A stretch of 64,000 bases of DNA from an uncultured Candidatus Peribacteria bacterium (GTDB taxonomy: Bacteria > Patescibacteriota > Gracilibacteria > Peribacterales > Peribacteraceae). Shown here in pieces: positions 37,023 through 44,240 of this stretch (position 1 is its first letter; every line of letters starts with the position of its first letter). The notes under the pieces were generated by a model. The model saw only the letters and a list, made by a program, of their open reading frames with translations. It was not told where the DNA came from and did not search any database. The stretch covers positions 12,723-76,722 of the forward strand of contig CAZQYX010000002.1 in the NCBI GenBank assembly GCA_964597665.1, read 5' to 3'. The translations under genes and the position numbers were made by a program.

Positions 37023-37237
37023 ACGGGAGAGGGGGACCAAAAAAAAGCTGATCTCCGTCCGGGAGACCAGCGAGGAACACGGCACGATCCACCAAGCCGG
37101 AGCCGGGTGAGCGCTGCTGTACTCCTCGGGAGGATTTACTGTAGGCCTGGGGCCTACGACCTCCGGTCTTCGGACTTGGCTGAAGCATACGCAGGAAGTG
37201 AGAAGATGTCAAATGAAAAGTTAGCAGGTGTGGGAAG

Positions 37238-37291
37238 TGGGGTACGTTGGGTAGGTTCGGTACGTACCAAACGTACCCAACCTACCAAACC
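37238..37291. repeat. GGTAGGTT-type periodic palindrome (copy B2), loopless, centred on GGTACGTACC
   Basis: gtggggtacgttgggtaggttcggtac | gtaccaaacgtacccaacctaccaaacc. Lies between divergent rplJ and relA/spoT. Confidence 0.75.
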
Positions 37292-37330
37292 TTTTCCTTG
37301 TCGCTTTCTGGTATACTTCAAACTCTTCCC

Positions 37331-39271
37331 ATGTCTACAGTCTTGACCCCCGCCGTCGACTCGATGCTGGAGACACTAAAGAAGGCGATGCCTGCGTTGG
37401 ATGAGGGCCGGCTGCGCAAGGCTTTTGTGTATGCGCAAAACATCTACGGAGACCAGAAGTATGAACTGATGGAAGGGGTGACGCTTCTGGAGCATGCCAC
37501 CAAAACCACGGAGCGACTTGTCGAATTTTGCCCCGATGACGATGCACTTATTGCCTGTCTGCTCCAGCATGCTCTCCGGGTCCCCGATTCTGTTCTCGAT
37601 TCTGTCGCAAAGGAATTCGGTCGCGGGGTACGGGATATGGTGAGCCGCATTCATCTGCTGTCGCACCTCAGCACCAGCGACTGGAGAAAGTCCGTCGACG
37701 ATATGAAAATTATGCTTGTCTCGGTTTCCGATGATGTGCGGATTCTCCTGATCATCCTCACGGTCATGTCCCATGCAGCGTCGCATATCACACTCGTCAA
37801 ATTGAAGTATCGCGCAAGACTCTGTCGTCAGTCACTCCAGCTTTTTGCGCCCGTTGCGGCGAGGCTCGGCATTTATGCCATCAAGTATCGGTTGGAGAAA
37901 GATGCTTTTTGCGAGTGCTATCCCACGGATGCAGAGCATATTGCACTTCAGCTTTCTTCTCTGCACGAAGAGAACGGCTCTTTCCTGATGAAGACGGTAG
38001 CCGGCGTGAAGCGTTTTCTTGTAGAAGAAGGGATCGATGCAGATCTGATGGGTCGGGAGAAGCAGCCCTACAGCATTTTCCGGAAGATGCGTACCAAAAG
38101 CGTCACCGGTCTCCAGAAGATCAATGATCTCTTTGCCATCCGTGTGATTGTTCCGACTGTTCACGACTGCTATCAAGTGCTCGGGCTTTTGCATCGCATC
38201 GGAACGCCAATCTCGAAGCGGTTTAAAGATTATATTTCCTTTCCGAAACCGAACGGGTATCAGAGTTTGCACACCAGTCTCATCGGTCTGCCGAATGCGC
38301 CCAAGAATGTCATTATCGAAGTGCAGGTCCGCACACTCGCCATGCACAGAGAGGCGGAATACGGAGTCGCAGCACACTGGCTCTATAAGGAAGGAGGCAA
38401 GGGAACAAGCGTGCTTCGCTCCATGAGCCAGCTGCACATGAGCGACGTGCTGCTCAGGCAGCAGAGTGTCGGGTCCGTCGTGCACACGGGAGGGCGCGCG
38501 GAGAGTCGGCTCGTCAACGATATTTACGTGCTGACTCCTCGCGGAGACATCATCGAACTCCCCGAGAGCGCCACCCCGCTCGACTTTGCCTTCATGCTCC
38601 ATACGGATCTCGGACTCAAGTTTAAATCTGCGCGCGTGAACGGTTCTATCGTTCCGCTCTCCCATCGACTCGAGAATGGCGATGTGGTCGAGATCCAAAC
38701 GCACAAATATCCGCGTCCGTCGCTGCAGTGGGCCCAGGAACTGGTGACACCGTCGGCCCGCTCGAAACTGAAAGCGTACTTCTTCTCGCATAATCGCCCG
38801 CAATTTCTGCAGAAGGGTCGGGAGAATGTGAATGCCGAACTGAAGACGAGGGGGCTGCCTGAACTCGACAACGATTTCACCGCGATTTCGACGTTCGACG
38901 GCAAAGCTCTGAGTGTTCGTCAGCGGGAAGATCTTCTCGTAAAGGTCGGCATGGGTTCCGTCAGGACCTCGTCCATTCTCCGGCATTTGCCGATGGTTGT
39001 GCCGAAGAGGAAGTCTCAGCTTCCAACGAAAGCGAAGAAGAGTTCGATGGTTAGCACCTCTACTCCAAAAGATCTTGTTCTCTTCGAAGACAAATCACTC
39101 AAGATGCCGTACCGTTTTGCGAAGTGCTGCAGCGCGCAGAATGTCAGCCCGAAACCGAAAGAGATTCTTGGCATTGTGACGCGAGCGGGGATCGTAAGTG
39201 TTCACCGGAAGGATTGTGGCATGACGAAGGCGGCGAATAGCGAGAGGAAAGTGAGGATGAGGTGGGCATAA
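37331..39271 (+). CDS. relA: RelA/SpoT-homologue (p)ppGpp synthetase, hydrolase motif apparently degenerate
   Basis: Synthetase blocks (YQSLHTSLIG, EVQVRTLAMHREAEYGVAAHWLYK), TGS (VLTPRGDIIELPESATPLDFAF) and ACT-like tail. Start at ATG 37331. Confidence 0.88.
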   Translation: MSTVLTPAVDSMLETLKKAMPALDEGRLRKAFVYAQNIYGDQKYELMEGVTLLEHATKTTERLVEFCPDDDALIACLLQHALRVPDSVLDSVAKEFGRGVRDMVSRIHLLSHLSTSDWRKSVDDMKIMLVSVSDDVRILLIILTVMSHAASHITLVKLKYRARLCRQSLQLFAPVAARLGIYAIKYRLEKDAFCECYPTDAEHIALQLSSLHEENGSFLMKTVAGVKRFLVEEGIDADLMGREKQPYSIFRKMRTKSVTGLQKINDLFAIRVIVPTVHDCYQVLGLLHRIGTPISKRFKDYISFPKPNGYQSLHTSLIGLPNAPKNVIIEVQVRTLAMHREAEYGVAAHWLYKEGGKGTSVLRSMSQLHMSDVLLRQQSVGSVVHTGGRAESRLVNDIYVLTPRGDIIELPESATPLDFAFMLHTDLGLKFKSARVNGSIVPLSHRLENGDVVEIQTHKYPRPSLQWAQELVTPSARSKLKAYFFSHNRPQFLQKGRENVNAELKTRGLPELDNDFTAISTFDGKALSVRQREDLLVKVGMGSVRTSSILRHLPMVVPKRKSQLPTKAKKSSMVSTSTPKDLVLFEDKSLKMPYRFAKCCSAQNVSPKPKEILGIVTRAGIVSVHRKDCGMTKAANSERKVRMRWA

Positions 39272-39278
39272 GAACCCC

Positions 39279-40565
39279 TTACTTCTCCTCCCCAATCATT
39301 CCATCCACAAGCTTCTGCATCGACTTCTCCCACTTGATGCGCTCATAGGCGGAGCCGCCTTCCTTTTGGTCTTCGTCTGAAAGTGGATGGCCGTGTTCTT
39401 TTGCATGCGCGATCTCTGCTTTCATCGCAAGGTGTATCTCGGTCGGGTCGACCTCTATTTTCTTCGCTTCTGCGAGTGATTGCATGCCGAATCGGAGTGT
39501 GATGCGTGACTGCGCAATCTCCTTCATCTCTTCGATCACTGCCTTTTGGTCTTTTCCTGTGGATTTCAGCCAGTCTTCGACAGTACTTCCTTGTTTTTTG
39601 AGACGCTCCTGAAGATCGAGGACCATTTCTTGGACATCGGCATCGATCAGTTCCGGAGCGATCCCGATTTTTGTTGCAGCTTTCACTTTCTCGTACAGCT
39701 CTTCTTCGCGACGCTTCATCTCCTGACTTCGTCTTTGGTTTGTCAACATCGTTCCCACTTCTTTGCGGAATGCATCGGGTGTTCTGTCAGCCCCCAGTCT
39801 CGTCTTGATGTACTCGCCAGTCAGTTCGGGCAGTTTCACTTCTGCGACTTCCGTCACTTCGATCTCGACGTTCAGTTTTTTGCCCTGAATTGCCGGAATA
39901 TCGTGGTCTTTCGGGAATTCGATATCGACGGATTTCTTCTCACCTTTTTTGATACCCAGAAGATGCGGCTCAAGTTCCGAGAGCAGATCTTCGCTCCCAA
40001 GCAGGACGCCGTACCTTGGGACAGTGAGTTCATTCACCTGTTTTCCGTCTTTGTCTTTGGCGGCGAGACTGACTTTCACGCTGTCGCCTTTCTTCGCTTC
40101 TCTCCTCACCGGTGTGTCGATGCGATCCTGCACGAGTAATTTCTGAATGAAGTCTTCGATGTCTTTTGCCGAGCTTTCCGGAATGATCTTCTTTTCTACT
40201 TTGATGCTGTCCGGCTTCTTCAATTCCGCAGTCGGTCGTTCCACGAACGTGATGCTGATCGTGAGAGGATCAAGAGAGACCACACTTGCCGCCGGACGGA
40301 TGATCGGTTTTGCACCACTCACTTTCAGCGCGTCGGCCATGATGTCCGGGATGACCGCACGTACGGTCTCCTGCGCAATTTGTTCCTGTGTCACGTGCTC
40401 ACGGACAAGCTCCGGAGGAGCCATTCCTTCGCGGAATCCTTTGATGCGCACGCGTTTCGCAAGAGCTTTGAGGGCGCTGTCTTCGGCTTTTTTTTTCGCT
40501 TCAGCCGAAACGATTGTCGTGGTCTTGATGCGGGACTCTTTGAGTTTCTCTACTTTTGTTTCCAT
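39279..40565 (-). CDS. tig: trigger factor
   Basis: 428 aa. Ribosome-binding N-terminal domain (KGFREGMAPPELV) with PPIase-like and C-terminal arm regions. Confidence 0.9.
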   Translation of the reverse strand: METKVEKLKESRIKTTTIVSAEAKKKAEDSALKALAKRVRIKGFREGMAPPELVREHVTQEQIAQETVRAVIPDIMADALKVSGAKPIIRPAASVVSLDPLTISITFVERPTAELKKPDSIKVEKKIIPESSAKDIEDFIQKLLVQDRIDTPVRREAKKGDSVKVSLAAKDKDGKQVNELTVPRYGVLLGSEDLLSELEPHLLGIKKGEKKSVDIEFPKDHDIPAIQGKKLNVEIEVTEVAEVKLPELTGEYIKTRLGADRTPDAFRKEVGTMLTNQRRSQEMKRREEELYEKVKAATKIGIAPELIDADVQEMVLDLQERLKKQGSTVEDWLKSTGKDQKAVIEEMKEIAQSRITLRFGMQSLAEAKKIEVDPTEIHLAMKAEIAHAKEHGHPLSDEDQKEGGSAYERIKWEKSMQKLVDGMIGEEK

Positions 40566-40566
40566 G

Positions 40567-40604
40567 TAGGTAAGGTAAGGAAGGTATGGAAAGTATGGAA
40601 GGTA
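40567..40604. repeat. GGTAAGG/GGTATGG periodic repeat, solo arm (copy B3)
   Basis: gtaggtaaggtaaggaaggtatggaaagtatggaaggtag. I could not find a complementary arm nearby. Confidence 0.5.
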
Positions 40605-40641
40605 GAAACGACGAGAGTACTATTCCGCAATTTTCCATTCA

Positions 40642-41532
40642 CTATTTCTTATCGTTCCAATAGACGAGCAGCGGCGTTGCCACGAAGATCGAGGAATACG
40701 TGCCGAGAAGAATACCGACAATCAGCGTGAGGACGAACCACTGGATGCTTGCACTCCCGAGGAAGAAGAGAGAGAAGAGCATGATCAGCGTGGACCCCGA
40801 TGTGTAGCACGAACGTTTCCATGTTTGATTGACGGCCTTGTTCGCCGTGATGGCGAAACTCTCCTTCCTCTCCTGCACGTACAAATTGTCTCTAATGCGG
40901 TCGAAGATGATAATGGTGTCATTCACCGAGTAACCGAGGATCGTGAGGAGTGCGGTGACAAACAGCGTGTCCACTTCGAAGGTGGAATGGTAACTGAGGA
41001 TGACGAAGACACCGACGGTCACCATGACGTCATGGAGCAGCGTGACGACGGCGACCACGCCGAACTTCCACGGACTGTACTTACGTGGAATTTTTCGGAA
41101 CGCGAACGCGAGGTAGACGATGATCCCAAGCGATGCGACGATCAGGGCGTAGGCAGCGCGGGCTTTAAGCGTTTCACCCACTGTGGGACCAATGGTCGTG
41201 TACTGCACTTCTTCGAAGTCTCCGAGCGTTGTTTTCAGGTGAGCGATCAGTGCTTTGTGCGTAACATCATTGATCTCTTTCATGCGTATGAGGAAGTTCC
41301 CGCTCTGCATCTTGTTGACCGTCGGACTCAAGTCCTCGCTTTTGAACGCCTGAACGGCAGCAATGACTCGCTCCGAGGTGACTTCGGAGGATGCTGCCCT
41401 CAGTTCCATGCGGGTACCCCCTGTGAACTCGATCGAGAGCCGTGGGCCGGGTACGAAGACGAGGATGACCGACACGACCGTCAGGACTGTCGAGAGAACG
41501 AAGAAGTACTTTGCGGGCTTGAGAAAATCCAT
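40642..41532 (-). CDS. secF: protein translocase subunit SecF
   Basis: RLSIEFTGGT and the six-TM RND-like core (NDTIIIFDRIRDN). Start at ATG 41532. Confidence 0.9.
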   Translation of the reverse strand: MDFLKPAKYFFVLSTVLTVVSVILVFVPGPRLSIEFTGGTRMELRAASSEVTSERVIAAVQAFKSEDLSPTVNKMQSGNFLIRMKEINDVTHKALIAHLKTTLGDFEEVQYTTIGPTVGETLKARAAYALIVASLGIIVYLAFAFRKIPRKYSPWKFGVVAVVTLLHDVMVTVGVFVILSYHSTFEVDTLFVTALLTILGYSVNDTIIIFDRIRDNLYVQERKESFAITANKAVNQTWKRSCYTSGSTLIMLFSLFFLGSASIQWFVLTLIVGILLGTYSSIFVATPLLVYWNDKK

Positions 41533-41559
41533 AGTGAGGAGAGGGTAGCGTGAAATGGG

Positions 41560-41617
41560 GAAAATTCCAAAATCCAAATTTCAAATTCCAATTGGTTTTT
41601 GGTTTCTGGAATTTGGC
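41560..41617. repeat. AATTCCAAA-type periodic inverted repeat (copy A3)
   Basis: gaaaattccaaaatccaaatttcaaattccaa / ttggtttttggtttctggaatttggc. Confidence 0.7.
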
Positions 41618-41630
41618 TTTTTCACAGAGG

Positions 41631-42989
41631 TTATCTTGTTATCCGATATCTCACCTTCACAACATCTCCTTCGTCTGTCGCTTCCCATGTGATGCGTGTT
41701 TCTGGGCCGATCATCGATTGCAGCGCCGTCCCCTCTGCGTCAAGCGTTCTCACGAGCCAATCGGTATCAACAGTTCCTCTCATCGATGCTTTCACTTGCA
41801 GTACATCGCTCTGTGGTTCATTGGCTGTACGTATAGCATTTCTGAGAAGACTATGGTCATTACTCAGGAAGATCGTCGTTGCTTTCATAGCAAGAGAAAC
41901 AGAGTGCGTACTGCCTGAGTTGGACGTCAGAAGCGTCCAGCCGTTCTCTGCGTTCAGTGTCTTCTCGAGAGGCGCTGCAATGACATCCGTCCTACTATTG
42001 CCGTGGAGGAATGTCTGCTTCCGAATGACCGCCGGGGTCGCAGCTGAGCGAATGTGTGCAAGCCACTGGTCGATGACGTTTGCATTCTTTCCTTCCATCT
42101 GAAGAAGCATGCTTTGGTCCTCCTCCCCTTGGAACATACTGACACTCAGTCCGTTGTGACCAAGATCTTCCAACGCTGCTTCGATATCGCTCCGATGCGT
42201 CAGTGCTTCCATCCTGTATTGCAGGATACCTTTGAGTCCTTCGACGAACTCCCTGTTAGGGGTCTCCAATTCCTCTTGTAATACTGCGAAGAGAGTGAGG
42301 GGATTGCCGATCGATAGTGAGAAGAGGGGATCCTTGCCTACTCCGATCGTTATCGGGGCTATGCCCGAGAGCAGGGAGAGCGACTGGTTTTTCTTTTCAA
42401 GGATCAAGAGACTCTCGTTCTTGCTGTCGAGAGTTCGCAGTGCCCCCGAAAACATCGAAAGCATCGTGCGGAGACTGCCAGGTTCCGCTGTGTCCGCGAA
42501 CACTACTTTCTCCAGATTGATGAACGTGCAGTTGGAGCTCTTCTTCCCTCCCTGCGTATGGAAGAAATCGGACGCGCCGAATGAGTCTCCGATGCGGTCG
42601 ACCGGAAGGAGGTGACGCGTCTCCGATGATTCGAACATCTTCTGTTCCTGATTCCTCATGTGCACGAGGACGATCCAATGCTGCGTTCCGCTTCCGGTCA
42701 TCAGCGCATACTCATAGGAAACGCCTTCTGGGAGTTTTGGAACAGCGGGCAGTTTCTCATGGCTTAACAGTCGGTTTATATCGACGATGGCCTTTCTAAA
42801 GCCCCCTTCATCCGTGGTACGGGCGAATGCGAGGAGCTCTTCCCGGTCGATGCGGTACGCAAGACTGATCGTCTGCGGTCCGACGGAGCGGATGACGATA
42901 CCGACCCAGAAAATACTGACAAGTGCGAGAGCGAGTCCGATGCTTGCGATGATTGCCGATCGCAGCCAGTGAGGGTGAGGGGATTGCAT
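41631..42989 (-). CDS. single-pass membrane-anchored protein, function unknown (occupies the position usually held by secD)
   Basis: One N-terminal TM (AIIASIGLALALVSIFWVGIVI) then about 420 aa that look extracytoplasmic. No SecD-like multi-TM core. Confidence 0.6.
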   Translation of the reverse strand: MQSPHPHWLRSAIIASIGLALALVSIFWVGIVIRSVGPQTISLAYRIDREELLAFARTTDEGGFRKAIVDINRLLSHEKLPAVPKLPEGVSYEYALMTGSGTQHWIVLVHMRNQEQKMFESSETRHLLPVDRIGDSFGASDFFHTQGGKKSSNCTFINLEKVVFADTAEPGSLRTMLSMFSGALRTLDSKNESLLILEKKNQSLSLLSGIAPITIGVGKDPLFSLSIGNPLTLFAVLQEELETPNREFVEGLKGILQYRMEALTHRSDIEAALEDLGHNGLSVSMFQGEEDQSMLLQMEGKNANVIDQWLAHIRSAATPAVIRKQTFLHGNSRTDVIAAPLEKTLNAENGWTLLTSNSGSTHSVSLAMKATTIFLSNDHSLLRNAIRTANEPQSDVLQVKASMRGTVDTDWLVRTLDAEGTALQSMIGPETRITWEATDEGDVVKVRYRITR

Positions 42990-43160
42990 GTGGCTATGAT
43001 AATAACATAGGCATTTTCAGTGTTTTTCTCTGAATACCTTATTTGATCAAATAAACTATTTTCATAATTTTTCCAGTGCAACTTCTTGTGTAAATTCTTA
43101 GGGTGAGTACAATGACATGATTTCTTCCAAACAAAGAAATCTTTCACATCAAGAGAAATA

Positions 43161-43208
43161 CAAACAAGGCTCCGTCACGTCAGCTTAAGATGACGTGACT
43201 CCGGAGCC
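43161..43208 (-). terminator. long hairpin, probable terminator on the minus strand
   Basis: GGCTCC-GTCACGTCA ... TGACGTGAC-(bulge)-GGAGCC, followed on the minus strand by TTGTTTG. Confidence 0.45.
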
Positions 43209-43520
43209 ACCAATACAAATAGATCCTTCACATCACCCGCCCGTAAACGTAGAGAGGACAGTGCTCGTAGCAACTGCCTCCGGTCACCGTCCTCTCTGCT
43301 CTGTAATGTCGCCCCTTCTTTAGAGAGAGTTTGAGGGGGTGCGCCCCCTTTCTCCCCAGTGTTCTCCCGGAGCCTTTTGGCACCGCGCGATGGACCGGTA
43401 CGGGGACTTCGTCTAGTCACGAGGAGAAACAAGAGACTATAGCAAGGCAGAGTTTCGGGCTCCTCCCCATGTAGACCCTCCGCACGAAGGCTCAGTGGAA
43501 GTTTCCAACCCATTCATCCA
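43209..43520 (-). ncRNA. candidate structured non-coding RNA, class unassigned
   Basis: GC-rich block flanked by AT-rich DNA. The only ORF (43175-43513) is R/E/G/L/P-rich and not protein-like. Several strong local stems (GGGGG-cgca-CCCCC; AGAGAGGAC...GTCCTCTCT). Ends at a hairpin. Confidence 0.3.
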
Positions 43521-43752
43521 TTGATAGCCGAGGAGGCGAATACAAACACAAAAAGGCCAGCAATGGTCTTTTTGTTTATATTCAAGAAAGACAAACCTCC
43601 GGCTCCCAGCGACAAGCTCTTGAGCGGAGCGAAAGGCTTGTTGCGCAGTCCTTGTGGGATTTTTCTTTCTTGGACTCTTTTTTTATGGGGCTGCTTTTTC
43701 TTGCCCTTGCGTTCTAGTAGTGCAACTATTCTGGTACTTTCCCTTTATTTCT

Positions 43753-44010
43753 ATGCCTGAGAGCGTTTCTAATCGCAGAGAGTTCTTGAGGGACTGTAGT
43801 TACGGGGGTCTTGGTGGAGCAATCGGAGCGGGTGTGAATTGTCCTTCTAATGTTTCAAAAGTTCAGAAATCAATGGCAATGGCTTTCGGAGGAATATGCG
43901 GAGCAACGCTAGCGACGTTTGGTATAATCGTGAGGCACTACGATGCAAAGGAGAAAGAAGAAATTGAAGCCATTCTTTCTGAATGCGATGAACCTCCCAA
44001 AGGAGGTTAG
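43753..44010 (+). CDS. small protein (85 aa) with twin-arginine-like N-terminus
   Basis: MPESVSNRREFLRDCSYGGLGGAIGAG resembles an S-R-R-x-F-L Tat motif. Start taken at ATG 43753. Confidence 0.4.
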   Translation: MPESVSNRREFLRDCSYGGLGGAIGAGVNCPSNVSKVQKSMAMAFGGICGATLATFGIIVRHYDAKEKEEIEAILSECDEPPKGG

Positions 44011-44092
44011 TAGATGAGATCATGATTACAGAGTTATTCGTTTCAGAAACGAAGAAGTACTTCAGGAATTGCCGAGAGTGCTGCGATATATT

Positions 44093-44224
44093 ACAGCCCT
44101 CACCTCCCGGCCTCCTCTCCAGCGGTCTGGAGAGGAGGGGGCCTGAGTTTTTCTTTGATTACGGACATTTCTCTCTCCGGAACGCCGGAGAGAGATGTCG
44201 CATCAGCGACAGAGTGAGGGCTGT
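44093..44224. repeat. multi-hairpin repeat element, copy R1 (second copy at 62240-62363)
   Basis: Closing stem ACAGCCCTCA...TGAGGGCTGT around three hairpins. Shares a nearly identical roughly 55-nt core (gattacggacat..tctctctccggaacgccggagagagatgtcgc) with R2. Confidence 0.8.
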
Positions 44225-44240
44225 ATTAAGGAGATGTGTA

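Noticed and set aside
37023-37230. Ribosomal protein L10 leader upstream of rplJ
   Set aside because: The region is long and GC-rich enough to be a structured leader, but I could not verify the L10-leader fold by eye, so it is left uncalled.
37832-38986. 384-aa ORF on the minus strand
   Set aside because: It is antisense to the RelA/SpoT gene and has no recognisable motifs. Shadow ORF.
40825-41553. 242-aa ORF antisense to secF, and similarly 52022-52708 antisense to purP-1
   Set aside because: Their acidic, His-rich, low-complexity translations are typical of antisense frames of membrane or GC-balanced genes.
43175-43513. 112-aa ORF across the GC-rich block
   Set aside because: The translation is dominated by R, E, G, L and P, and it has no start context. 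The region is better explained as structured RNA.
43209-43520. Assignment of the structured region to RNase P RNA, tmRNA, SRP RNA, a T-box or a cobalamin riboswitch
   Set aside because: Only partial resemblances were seen, namely ACGAAGTCC versus GGAAAGTCC and GGATGAATG versus AGATGAATG. The P4 partner strand, a T-loop with CCA end, the SRP domain IV motif and the T-box sequence were all absent, so no class is called.
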